A DNA stretch of 64,000 bases from Ptychomitrium polyphyllum (lineage: Eukaryota): the NCBI GenBank assembly GCA_973851085.1, contig OZ316776.1, forward strand, positions 3,348,001-3,412,000, in the 5' to 3' direction. Shown here one piece after another: positions 24,665-38,428 of this stretch (its first letter is position 1; every line of letters starts with the position of its first letter). The translations under genes and the position numbers were made by a program. The notes under the pieces were generated by a model. That model did no database searches. It saw nothing but the letters and a program-made list of their open reading frames with translations, and was not told the origin of the DNA.

Positions 24665-27600
24665 GTTACTTTTTAGTACTTTGGAAAAGTTTGGCGTAGC
24701 AGATTGGAGACGACGACAGGTTCCATACGGAATCAGCCTTCGCTTGGCTGCGCACGGAGATTTTCATTCGCAGAATCTGCCTGGGTGTTCCCACGCGTTT
24801 GCGGCGGAATGAACTGTTCGTCGCGGCATCGGGCATATTCCTTGGCTTTCTTTGCAACTGCGAATCTGTGTCTGGCATAAAGTGTAGTGACTTGGATTCA
24901 CTAAGCCCGTGAGTTCGCCCGCTATGACAGGACATGCTTCCAGCTGGGCTAGACTTTTGTATTTTGGTGCTGAAATTAGGGGAAATCAGATTCTTATATT
25001 AGGGGCTACACTCTGGGCAAGGGGATAGTGATGAAGTGAAAACAATTGAGGTATTACAATCTCATTTTATAGCTTCATAGGCCAGTGACAAGATAACACA
25101 ATCGCATCAAGTGCACTGTTACACTATCAACCACAAGTTAATGGCATCACATGGCTTTCATCAAAGAGCAGTCATGTTTGAGATGTACAAGTCATAGTAA
25201 TCACACAGCTGCTCAGAGAACAACTCAAGCAAAGTTTAACAAACATATACTGAAGAAAAACACTTCCATCAAGAAGCATTCCTTTCCAAGACACTTTTTG
25301 TTGTTAACACCAGCAAGCAATCAGTTCATAATTCATTCTGTCAATGCAAAGTGCATAGTCAAGCTTGGCAATGATATGCAAAACCTTACATGACTTTTTT
25401 ATGACATAAATTGCACATATAATACTAAATGCATTTATGAAATTCAAGCTTATAGAATAAAATGTACCTAACTTTGAAGAACATTAAGAACTTACATTAA
25501 CTCTCAAAATTGAATTGATGGCCATGATAACAAATTTTGGGAAGTCATAGGTGGAAGAATATAGATCCCTTTGTCAACCTAAAAATTGACCATAAAGCCC
25601 AATTTACATGGCCATCATCCTTCTAGATTTCACCATGAGAACCATAGCAATAAGAGAAGAATTGCATTTCAAATGAATCTAGATCTCTTGTACTGAAGAA
25701 TATTATGATCCTACATTCTGTGCCCTGTAATGTCCCAATTTCAGTACTGTAATTGCAGCCAGAGTGTGCTAAGTCAGAAGTTTGTAAATTTTTTTGACCA
25801 ACTTGCATTACACTCTACCAACTGAATAGACCAGCTCTATTTTCCATTCCATGGGAGGACTGAGTCATAAAGTTTACAACTTATAAAGTGGTCCTCAGTA
25901 GGATACAGTTGTAAAAAAATTCTTCCTATCATTTTCAAAGAACTTGGACAGTCATCAACAGCATATAACAAATACCAGCACCATCCTTTTCCCATAAGTA
26001 GTATTGCACCAAAAACTAATGATGCATTGTGCAGTGCTGAAAGATAGACAATATTATTGCTGATAGATCCATTTCACCATTTTCTGCTCAGCTGTCTACA
26101 TATTCTGCAGTAAGCATTTGTGCGGACAACAAAATCAAAATTACCCCAACCCAGTTAAAGAAGTGAGACCCACTTAGTCAGGTAGGTAGGAACATTTCCT
26201 TCCCAATACCAAATTCCTTGTCCTTTTAAGACCTGAATACGAGTGGCACTTACCAACAATCACAGGACATATTACAATTCCTTGAAATAGCTTTTTTAGT
26301 CTACAATCTAATCTCGCTATTACAACACTTGAATATACAAACACCCTTGACTACATGATTCATTTTGGGTGACCAATTTACCTAGTTCAAAATTCTCCCT
26401 ATTGTACAACTATGACACATTGTAATACAACAATTAAGATCTCCCATTTGTCATATAATAGATGGAATTAATGTTCAATATGGATGTATTCAATCTAAAA
26501 TGATGAATATTTGAAAAAAGAAACATGATACTTTATTGGTTTATAATTGGAAACCTTGCGAGAGCTTTCAAACTCTAGCGCTAGAAAATAACAACTAGGA
26601 TTTGAGAATGGCAGCTATGACTTGTGTAGCAAGCTAGGATTGGTTGCCATTAACAAGTTTAGTATTGCAAATTTTGATAAACATAAGTATACTTTTACTA
26701 ATTTTTAACCATTATAATATATTTCTATACTTATTTTGATCAAATTTCGAAAATCTCAATAATAAAACACCAAATATCCTAAATATCATATAATAAAAAA
26801 TACAACATTTTAATTTTACTACAATTTTCTGATTTCCCAAATTGGTCATATTAAAAAACGTCAACAATATTGCAGAAATGAACTTCATAATCAGATCACT
26901 GTGTCTTCACCTATGGTTAACCTCATACAAGCTCAACAACACTATAACGACAACTGTAGCATGGTGGCAACTGTGCAAGCATTATATGTAAATACTTTGA
27001 AAATTTTGGTCTAATCTTCAGTAACCTCATTAACTTTTTTCTTATTTTTGGGCAGAAATTGACATCAACATGGCCCATGTAGCAAGAGATGGCTTAAAAC
27101 ATATAATTCTAGTTTTGTTGTTTAATTTTCAAGAAATTATGATTTATGTCATAATTACAAAAACACCTTTGAAGAATAAGTGAAAGCCAGAAAACAAAGG
27201 AGAAATTGGTTATTATAATTTTAAATGGATGGAAAGATGTCTTTGTAGAGGGAATTGAAGTTTTTATTGCTAACATGTTTTTTTTTGTATAAAGGCCATA
27301 ATTAGTGCTTTCGAGAGTATTATTCTTTATGATAAATAATGTCTAACAAAATCCTCCATTATTGTATAGTTTCATAACTTTATTATATAAGCTTGTTGTA
27401 CCATTAAGATAAGCTTGATATGCTTTCTAACATACTTTTTATTTCTTGATTTGGACCATTTTGTAGCTTGTAGTGTTATTTGAAAATTATTAGTCCCTAC
27501 ATTGTTTTAGATAACAATGAATACTTGTTGAAGTATATCATAACATTTTTTAGTACTTGAAGCAACTCACTTTCACCTCAAAAAATGAGAAATAAATAAT

Positions 27601-29949
27601 ATACAATAATATTATGGCAGGAAATAAATGAAAACATATGTTTAATTTAGTGACTTGGTGCACAGATACCATTAATCTTCATTAAGACTGGAAGTTCACT
27701 CACCAAGTTTTTGACTAAATGTTTCATTAGGTACAATGTTGCTCATATGGTTCTAGAAGAAGGCAGGTCTCCTTGGTGCAAGCATGAACCTTATAATTAT
27801 AGTACAATCTGTAGAGTGTACTAGGCTGTATGGTAATCAATAATCCATGCTCCATCTAAATTTCATGAGCTTTGAAATTTCATCCCTTACACCAGTTTTT
27901 TATGCGCAGTGGGGAAATGGGCCCAGTGGAGGTGTTATCATGCACAAAGCAAATACTAGGCTTGCATCTGATTCATGTCCTCACATTCATGTCTTGTTCT
28001 GGATCTGAGCAACTTGTGCAATGTGTAACTTCCTTAAGCTTCTGGATTGCCATGCCTCAGTGTGCATGTTTTGAAACTTGAAGTGCAGTGTTGTTGACAG
28101 CACTCTGTATGTCACATTTTAAGCCTGCCATGACAATCTCCATAAGAAACAGCCAGCTTAGGAATTGGCAGAAAAGTGAACCTGGAATCTAAAATTGTAA
28201 TCCCATGTTGCATTGTACTCGCTATAGCAAGTGGTTGACAGCAAAAAAATGTTTCACATTTGGATTTATCATAAAAGTACAAATATCATGAATCAGTAAC
28301 TTAAATATTCTAGGCCATGTGCAATAGTAGTATAAGCAAAGTGATATTATTTGCTAATAGAGGGAAATAAATCATGAAAAATGCAATTCCTTTTCATAGT
28401 TTTTCCCCAATAATGAGATTAATACAAATTTTCACATTTGAAAGTTGTCATGCCCTTCAGTTGTTATCTAGGTTGGCTACAAAGCAACATACAAGTTACC
28501 CACTAATTTAGGTTAGTTCCTTCTTGGAATAGCTCAACATAAATGGAATGCAACTAGGCAATTAGATGGTACTAAATTCCTTAAATTGGTTTAATCCTTG
28601 CAGTTCTTGACTCCACAAATAGTCTACATGTTGGTTGTGGGTTTTGATTTACATTTCTACCTTAATAATTACATTTTGAACTACAGTACACTGTTTATTG
28701 AAAATTATAATCATTAGTTAACATCAAGGAATTTCCAAGCAGGAACGCTGTAACATCCATAGTTGCAACTTACTACAGTACTGCAAAGTTGATGCAAATT
28801 TGATGCAAAATTATGCAGAATTGACAGAGGCCAGCCTGAAGGACTGAAAGATAATTTTGTATCTAACTATGCGCAAAATTCGCCATGCATTTACTATTAC
28901 GATATATCGAGATTTATCTACTCGACTGACAAGCACCTGAGACACTTTTTATTTACGATGTCGTTTATTTTATAATAAAATAAAATACATTTTTTTATAT
29001 GAAAAATTTAACATTTCTTTTACTTCAGAAAATATTCATAAAAAACTAAAACAACAATTTTTTGAAATAAACATAAATAAATAACTGTTCGAGTGTAGGC
29101 CGGGATATCTGCAAACTTTTGTTCTTAGAGGCTGAAGATAGAGGAAAGTCTATAAAAATCTAGAGATACTTGAGGCACCCAGAGTACAAGAAATTTTTGT
29201 TGAGACTGAACCTGAAGAATCTGGCTTCATCTCATCCAACTTATTCTGGTACCCAGAGAGCCTGGCTTCATACTAGTTCATTTTAAAAAGTAGTTGCCAC
29301 ATTATTTTCCAAGTTAAGAGTTGTTACAGGGAGGGAAAATGTGTTTTGAAGGATATCCATAAGAATTGTTCATTGAGCGAACTTTCCTATCTTGTGCCTT
29401 TGTAGTGTGTTCTTCTTACAAGAGAGGTTGGTTTGGAAGAACTTGGCTAGTTTTGGGAGGTCCAAAGTTTAAGGCTCTTCAATCATGCCATGACATTGCA
29501 AAAGTCCTTCATTCATTCATTTGTCAAAAGGCATATTGATATGTATTTTACTCTTTTTGTGATAAAAATGAATTAAAAAATGTACTTTGCAAAACTTTCT
29601 TTGTTAGGGAGGACTTAAGAAATAACTCTATTATGATAATTCCTGTTCTTCATAATCAACATTAAAGTGTTTATTAAAGAAATGGAGAACTTTCTTAAAT
29701 TCATGAGCAATGTAAATATCAAATACAAGAAGGATCATGTATCTTGTTGAAGCAAGAGTTGGCAAAAACAAAGGATGGCAATGCTTGCAAATATAACAAG
29801 GAGATTATTGAGTGTGGAAAAACACTCTTCCAAGTATTTTTCCATTAATCAATTATTGCATCACTTGGTAATCTAATTAAACAACAGTTAACAAATTACA
29901 ACAATAGTATTCACCATTGTACATTTAAAAATGTACAAAAATAATTCAC

Positions 29950-30577
29950 AATTTTGAACTAAACTTTGATTTCTACTCCAAATCAATTTTAAAAGAGAAA
30001 AGACTTAAAGATGACGCAAGAAAAATCTACTAGTAAAAGAATGTAGAAAGGAAATTCAACAACTTGCAGAAGAAACCTAACAAATCAAAATTTCATGTCT
30101 TTTCTTATGATGCTCTTATTTAAATACTCTAAGCAAATCCATTTATAAATTTTATAGCTAATATAATCCTAATTCTTTCCAAAGACCAATCTAAAGAGAA
30201 TTACCAATCCAAATTGATAATTGACTCCTTAATAAAGATCTTATTAGGAACACAAGAAACAAAATACAGTCATAAAATGGTTTCTAAGAATTAGCTTCTA
30301 AAAAGCTAATGATTAATAAGAATTGATACAAAGATTAGAACAAGGGACAATACAATATAATGCACAATTTTTGTTGGCAAGACTAAGATATACCTTGCCT
30401 TGCCTCCTATTTATAATATTTAAAGAAGTTTTCCACGGAGATGGAATTTTCTTAAGAAGTTTTCCAAATATTGGAATGGCTGTGTAAGCATTGAAAATAT
30501 TCTAAGAAACTATTACAATGTATCAAATGATTCTAGAAGATTCTAAAGATTATGTTGCATGATCTATATCCATGACA
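29950..30577 (-). mobile_element. Decayed LTR-retrotransposon LTR remnants
   Basis: CCTCCTATTTATA (reverse TATA), TTCTAGAAGATTCTA tracts and a ...CCATGACA end are LTR-like. No coding support; boundaries approximate. Confidence 0.3.
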
Positions 30578-33500
30578 AACTCCAATAGACAAGCACATGC
30601 CTTGGAGCTTTGCCAATGCCATGCATATAGTCTATTGCAAGTAATACATGTAGCTTTTGAACCAATTTCAAAATCATATGAAAATTGCAATTTTAACATT
30701 TGGAAACAAAATTCTTTTCAAAGTCATTAGCTATGAGTTTTTTTTAAGTAAGTCAAATTTGGAGAAGCTACCATTGCATTTAAAATGTGTTGGTTGCAAA
30801 ATAAAAGACCTCTATTGTCTAAATAGGCTAGATAACAATGTTGCATTGATAATTAACCACATGTAAATATACATTTGTTGATGGTGTAGCATCCTCTGTG
30901 GCCTTGAAGTCAAAGATTGTATTTGAATAACCAAGGCACACCACACTTGCATTTTTGTTTTCCATATTGTAAACAATAAAAAGACCCTATTACAACAAAC
31001 AAAAAATTATCAAATGTAGGCTACAAATTTTAGGACAAAGGAAGTGTTATCTATAGTTTTAAATATTCAACAACATCTATTGAGACACCAAGTTGACTAA
31101 ATGAGTCCAAATCACAAGAGCATTTCAACTTTAAATAAAATGGTAGCCAATTCCTTTACATCTAAGGAGAGCAACATTGCATACCTTTCTAATGTATGAG
31201 TTCTATAAACACCTTGCAAAAAGATTGCAAGGAAAAAGAATTGCAATAAATACTTTCAAACTAGGACAAAACAATTAGAATTCTATCATTATAAGTATTT
31301 CCAAAATTACTAAATCAACAACATATTGCTTTTATACTACAATTTTCTAAGAAAAAAAATCTTTCAAAAAAGACATCTATATTCAAAACTAGCATTAAAT
31401 TCAAAATACATCAAAGACAAACTTGAAAGTTTCTATTGTCATGAATGTATGAAATAACCCTTGATTTTCTTGACAATTCACTGCAGAATGACTCAAAGAC
31501 CGCCTCATGCACATCTTCATACAATCATTGGTTTATATAATTCACGAACCTTATAATTAAAATAATGTAACACAGGTTATGGTGCAGGTACCTCCCAAAC
31601 ACTCTAGTACAAATTACAAATCCTTGGAAAACAATTTACTTAGAATACAATCAATACAATTTATTCCTAAATCCTTTGCAACTGAGCTGAAGCGTACAAC
31701 ACGGCTGTACAAGGCGCACACCACATTGGTTACCCTTGCATTGAAACTCCATAATAACAACTTTCTACAAAAAATTACCCTCACATTGCAATTCCATAAC
31801 ACATCTGTTATCCTTACATTGGACCCTCTTCTTATAAAAAGCTTCATTAGAAACTTCTACTTACAAAAACACCCTCTTTGGGATGTAAAACACAAAAAAC
31901 CTAAAAAAACCTCCAAGAATTGATGAAGAATATCATGTCTTGTAAGAGAGGAACCTGATTAGTGGAAAGAGGGGGACAAGGTTGAATAGGAAAATGGAAT
32001 TGTTAGGTGAAATTATCTTCTTCCTATTGTGGATGATAACCTGCTTATTGCTTCTAAAACTCCTTATATTGTCGTTGCTCATGGAAACACTTGCTCACAA
32101 TGCATGGTTGTACGTACTTCCATGCATGCATGCATGTATGCATATGCATCCATCCATACCCTTCTTGAGTTTTATTTAGAAATTGCTTAACTTCAAATAT
32201 TGTAATGTGTAAAAGCAAGTTGGATATTTCCAAGCCCTTAAACAACAAAGCTTCTAATCAACAAAGGTTCTTATCTTTAAATGCAAACTTGGTATGATAC
32301 CAACATATTAGCTTTCAACCTTTCAACTACGTTTGATTCAAAGTAATATATTCTACCAATTAAGTCTCAAGCAAAAAGATATTTTGGCATATATTGAATT
32401 TTGGCTTGAAGTGCATCATTATTGCAAAAACAGTAGACAATCATTAGTTGTGGAGAAAGAAATAATTAGTTAAATATAAATTATAAAAAATAGATGAAAT
32501 TAAACATTGTACAATTATAATTGCCCAATTTATGTCGTGCCTTGAAGTTATGTGAGATTTTTATTACACCAATCAAACATAAATTCAAACCCATCTTTAT
32601 TAAATTTATTGAAAGAAACGACAAGAAGTACAATTCTTTGAGATTTCAAAAGTGCCCAAAAACGAAATATTGCGTGCTTTTTAAATTGAAGCTCTTGATA
32701 AATAACTTACTGGTTTTGTAAATTGTTAAAATGCAGTTCTTGCATTTGTTAACAACCAATCTGTTTATTACTCCTTTCCAAATGAATCCATATATGTATG
32801 AAATTATCTTTCAACTTCCATTGGGTCAGGTGTGAATTATTACAAACCTTCCATGTAATTGGTCCCGAATGTGAACATATTTGGAAACTTGAATCTGTTG
32901 GAGAAGAATATATATTATTGAAGAAGTTTTGATCTAGGTTTGAAGTGTGGAGATTAAAGAAAATTCCTCTGTGAGAACAAGTTCATAAAAAATTGGAGTT
33001 CATTTTCTGGAAGAAGAATCTCGATATCTTCTATGACGTACCTGTTCATGCACGAAGACTCAAGAGACTGTTTCTTAGGAATGAAGACATTCATGGCAAT
33101 AGACTAAGTTAGTGGAACTTTCCTTTTAAGAATATCAGAATTATCCCAATCCGTTCACTAAGGAGTCATTGACAGTCTACCTGCTATATTGCAACAAAAT
33201 GATTTCAGCAGGCGGCTGTAGACTACAGGGTTAAGTTAATGGCCCTGGGACTGAATATCTAATAACTTAACTGCAGCTTGGAAGGGAGAGAAAGACAATA
33301 CCAAAAATAGTGGTGCTTCTCACACCCAAAGCCTTTTGTTGATAAGTTAATGTTGTCTACACCTCAAGGGCCACCTTTTCTTGCAGGTCACAGGAGAAGC
33401 AATTTTTTTTACTAACACTTGAGTATTTTGTACACCAGACAATTGATTGAGAAGATAGCAAAAGAATAAATAATCAACATGATAAAAATACTTTTACAAG

Positions 33501-34328
33501 AAGAAGCTCTTGAATGGTTATTCCTAGATTATTTCCAAAAATGGTCAGCAAGAGAGAATTTTCCCACAACGATTGTTGCTATGTAGACAACCAACTCATT
33601 ATTTCATTCATTTTCAAATTATTTCTCTTCCAAGCCACAAATGAAGGTGTAAAGCTTTACGGAAGAACTTAAATTTTTGACCAGTCGTATTACTAAAATT
33701 CTCTAACCGTGACAAAAATTTCTTTCTTATGTGGCCCACAACATGAGGTGTAAGGCGGCCCTAACAATTGGTTGATCACCAAGCGTTCCAAACGTCCAGC
33801 CAAGTGTTAAAAAGAGGTTAACAGAAGCTGACGTTAGACCAGTAGACATACACACAGCTCTGTAGACCCAGTACCCATGAACATCATTTATTAGAGTAGG
33901 TGTAGTGGGTTCTTCTCAATAGATTGTTGCTCGCATGAAAATGATATTTGACCCAGGATAGGGGGCCCCAAGTAAGAGAAAAACTTCTATGATGACAAGG
34001 GAGGCAGGCATCACCTTTCCCACGCCCCTAAGCCATGTATACGCCACCCACCAATACAGAGCCCAAGAAAGAGAAATGGAACAATTATTAAAGGCTCTGT
34101 AATTCAATTCGTTATCTCAATGCACAAAGTCCGCCTCAAACCTCGAGAATTGTGAATTGTTATTTAGCATCGTAGTAAGAAAACTACTAACTTAATCCGA
34201 TGGGGAACGTGGGCCATTCGGGGCACGAGTTCGCTTACGCCTCGGGGCACGCGCTTCCCACCTAAGAACCGAAGCATCCAATCCAGCCCAAGCGTTCCCC
34301 ATCTATCTCTCTCCACCTCTGAGGTTTC

Positions 34329-34454
34329 CACACCCTAAACCGTCACTGTACCGGAAATTGACTTTTTCTAACAGAGGCATCCTTTCAAGTCCAAAATATC
34401 TGCAATTTTATGTAGATTATATTGGTTCTGGGTATAGTGATAAATATGGGTAGG
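34329..34454. mobile_element. Short decayed member of the same MITE-like TIR family, upstream of the BRX-like gene
   Basis: Left end CACACCCTAAACCGTCACTGTACCGGAAA; right end GTAGATTATATTGGTTCTGGGTATAGTGATAAATATGGGTAGG. Confidence 0.5.
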
Positions 34455-35691
34455 CGACCCTGTTTCTGTTCCCTGCGTTCTCCATCTTCCTTCGACCCTT
34501 CGTAATGTTCCCATATATGTTCCCATATTCCTTCTTATGTTCCCTAGGTTCCCCGTCATCCATAATATGTTTCCTTAGTAAGGTTCTCACGTTCCCATTT
34601 CATGTATCCTAAGATCCCGAATCGCCTGGAGCGCCATCGAAGAGTTTAGCGAAGTTTTTGCACGATTTTCCGAGTTTTTCAAAGTTTTTGCGAGTTTTTG
34701 TGAGTTTGATATTGTGGATTTTAATTTTGGCGCATGGAGTGGGGCGCTCTCTCTCGGGAGGCGACTCATGCGGAGGAGAGAGACAGGAGCTCTGGTGATG
34801 CAACCAGAGGCGCAGTCAGGGATTTTGAGTTTTCGTTTTTGAGTTGTGAGGTTTGAGAGCGGGATGCGGTTGAGGCGGATCATGGGAGCTTCGTGTCAAG
34901 AAACCGCAACGAGGACGCAGACTAGGATTCTTGACTAGGTTGCTCTGCTGTTGTTGTTGTTTGAAAGTCAGAAGGATCGCTGCTGGAGTCATTTGAGCTT
35001 CGGGGGAAGGTTCTGGAGAGCAAGGGAGTCTATTTAAGAATCATTGCGGTTTTGGACGAAGAGATGTGAACTCTGGTTCGTCGGACGAGGATTTGTTTCT
35101 TTCGATGTAGAGGAGGAGGTTTGTTTCAGAGGCTAAGGATTTTTGTAATGGCGCATCAGTGCGAAGTGTCAGCTCGCGGAGGGATTTGTAGAATGCAGGG
35201 ATCCAGATTCAATTCGTGGTTTTAGCTACATGCGGATTTAGTCGGATTTGGAGCTTTTGTGCTTGGCGTTGCGCATTGTTGACGCTGGCGGTTTAGAGGA
35301 ATTCTGTTTTGGTTGTGTGCTGTAGCTCGTTTTGAATTTTGAACTGCGTGAATGGTGTGTTTAGTAGATCTGAAGGTTCATTAGTGAAGGAAGAAGAAAG
35401 CTGGCTGAGTGTGTGTGCGCTTGGCCTGAGTGAGGCTTGCTGTTGACATACTCGACTGGTTATCGATGCGGTAGCGAGTTCGCGAGGTTATTTTGTGTTT
35501 GGTCTCCGTTTTCTTCAGTTGATTGCAAGCGTTGGACGCGCTTATAGTTTCGGAAGCTTATTCATAAGCTTTTAGTCGATTTGTTACTATTATGGACAAA
35601 ATCTACTTGTTCTTAAGAGTGATTATGTGTAGCAAATAATTGACCAGAATAGAAGTGGATTGTATTCTTTGCCTTGGTTCTGGGAAGATCA

Positions 35692-38428
35692 ATGGCTGTC
35701 AAAATGCTGGCTTGCATGAGTTCGAAGACTTTAGAAGAGGCAATCGAAGCTGACTACGAGAAAGAGGTGAAGACGCCGCCGAGATCGGAGCCTAAATCCG
35801 ACTTGCGGAAAACAAAGTCATTTACATGCCAGACTCTGATCCATCCGTCTTGGTCATTTAAAAGCCTAGGGAATCAAAGCACATCTCCACTCTCAGCAAG
35901 TCCTCATGCTGAGGAAAAAGAAGGAGTCGCTACTGGGAAGCCCGTTGGAAAAGGCTGGAAAAGTTTTTTTGCAGCATTGCAATGCTCAAGGGCACCATTG
36001 CGATCCGCAGACGTAGGTTCTCTCTCCGCAAGTATAAATGACGAATCTTATTCTACTACCTTGTTTACGTCTTCGTGTTCAGATCTTTTCGACACGTTTG
36101 GTGACTGCCTGTTGATGATTTTGTATCCATATTCAGTGATATCTCTCGTACATCTCTCCATTTTGTGTTTTGCGCTGTAGAATTTTTAACATACTATCAT
36201 GTTACAGGTGGACGATAGATTTGTTGAATTCAATCGCAGTTTATTTATGGACTGTGTAATGGAACTTCTTAAGAATGTCGGAGCAGGCAAGCGGCAGGCT
36301 TTTCTTAGGTCAACCTTAATTGAAGGATTTGTTGTTCTCATTAATCTAAAATGTGAATCAGGAATACTGATTGACTTGATACCGAGAATCGATATATTTA
36401 TTCTAAATTAGCGCTGATTTGTGTTCACAGTTTAAGGGGATGGCCGCTAAGTTGACAGCGGGAGCTTGCACACATTCCTGCAAGCGTCCCCATTCTTGCG
36501 CACATTCAACGTCCGCCTCTGAGCAAGATGCCGCTCACGCTGTCCACCCAATGACTTCAATGGCTTCAGCGGACGGGTATAACGAGGCCAATTTTTCGCT
36601 ACCAGTGGTTCAAAATCGAAATCCTAGCTCATTGAAAGATGTCCAGGGAAGTAACCTTGGAGACGTTGCAGATTCTGCGCGTTCATCTCAGGCGGCAATT
36701 CCGGAACCGAAAACAATTGCCACTGTAAGAAATAGTGTCTTCCATATATATATATATTGCGTCATTTTCTTTGTCAGTCTGTAGCCACTTATCCTTAAAG
36801 TTTAACGTGGATTTCGGTGACTAGGATTTTCGCTAATTCTTCCTAATATTAGAAGCTTGCTTACATCATTCAACTTTAATTGTAAAACTTGGTAGTGATT
36901 TTGGAGTATCTCATTAGTTGTCATTTTCCAACATTGTTTGCAGAGTAAACCTTCCACCCAACAAAATGAAAGCCCCAGTTATGCGAGCTATCACATGTCC
37001 AATGGTACTGTTGTGAAGGTTCCAGAAGAGCTGCGAAATTCCAATCGCATTGTTCCTGCGGGGTCAGGTGTTCCTGGTACTGAATGGTTCTCACAAGTAG
37101 AGCTTGGGGTGTTCATAACATTTGTGACTTTGTCTAACGGTTGCAACGCGTTAAAACGGATTCGGTTCAGGTACTACCTGGAAAAAGCCTTCTGTATTAG
37201 AAGCAGGACTAGTCACAATATCAGCTATAATACTTTCATTGTTGTCAGAGCTAGGTAGCACATGTGAAGGGGGTAGCAAATTGGGAGATTGGGTTCAGTT
37301 GGGTGAGTTTTCTTCAAGTGACGTGATTATAAGCTCGGAAGTGAAAAACGTGATATCGTCTGGATTTTTCCTTGCAGTCGAGATATTTTCAGCAAAAAAG
37401 AAGCAGAGTCGTGGTGGGCGGAGAATGGGAATCGTGTCCGCGCAGTCTATAATGTGCCTGCTTTTGAAAGATCATCAACTAATGATCATCAAGCTACTTC
37501 GAGCTCAGAGGAAGAGGTATTGCTTCTCGTTTGGCTACACATTGGCTCGAGGAAGCTCTTTGAGAAGTTTCAGTAAAAATACTACAGTCGAGCCCAGAAT
37601 AGGCTACATTTCTATATGATTGGGCACTAGCTGGGTCTGAAGCTGGAATAACACACAATGCATGTTAGTTTATTTAAAAGGGAGGTTCTGGTCAGAGCTA
37701 GACTAATTGTCTGTGGGCAAGGCTCACAGTATGCAAATGTTTATCTTCAGCAGGTTTCAGGGATTTCAGGGTATGCCACCCCGGCCTACAGTCCGCAGGG
37801 GTCACGAGGACCTCCAATTCGAGATTCACCGGCTGGCTACAATTCTGGGATATCACGTGGAGCATCATTGAGGGATACGTTGAGCAGGGAGGCTTCAATT
37901 AGAGAAGCGTCTATTAGAGAATCCATCAGAGAGTCGATGAGGGACGCGGTTAGCGAAGTCTCAGACTCGGTAACTAATGATAGAGCAACCGAAACAGAGA
38001 CTAATCAAAGCGAGGAAGGTAGCGACAGAAATTTTGAAGGAGACGAAACAACTTGGGTTGAAGAAGACGTCCCCGGCGTGTATTTAACGTTGAAGAATCT
38101 GACTGGGGGTGGGAGAGAGTTGAAGCGTGTCAGGTTCAGGTAATATTGGATTCTGAAGCTTAGATAGGTCCATGATGTTGGACGTATACTTTGGAGGATG
38201 GACTCTCATGGTTGCAAACTGTGATGGATTATGTAGTAACTTATGTCTGTAATTTGCATTATGTGCAGCGCTATTTACGATGTGTGGTTCTGTACTTTTC
38301 TGATTTGCAAGATTTGTGTTGCTGATCCACTGTGGCTTGAATTGTGCAGTCGTGAAAAGTTTACAGAGAAGCAAGCAAAGATTTGGTGGGACGAGAATCG
38401 CGGCCGAATACATAAACAATACCTATGA
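35692..38428 (+). CDS. BRXL: BREVIS RADIX-like protein with two BRX domains
   Basis: Exons 35692-36012, 36431-36724, 36944-37170, 37378-37516, 37751/37754-38139 and 38350-38428. BRX domain 1 is WFSQVELGVFITF...LKRIRFSRDIF...WWAEN. BRX domain 2 is WVEEDVPGVYLTL...LKRVRFSREKF...WWDENRGRIHKQYL*. The exon 1 boundary is less certain. Confidence 0.9.

Noticed and set aside
25400..29600. Patches of decayed coding-like sequence, possibly transposase remnants
   Set aside because: No motif I can assign by eye; a BLASTX or RepeatMasker run is needed.
31700..31735. Minus-strand WCAPC (thioredoxin-like) peptide
   Set aside because: No surrounding thioredoxin sequence or credible exon structure; probably chance.
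36199..36411. 70-aa ORF inside BRX intron 1 with a CAG acceptor at 36207
   Set aside because: No BRX similarity, and the gene splices in frame without it. It cannot be supported as an exon without RNA data.
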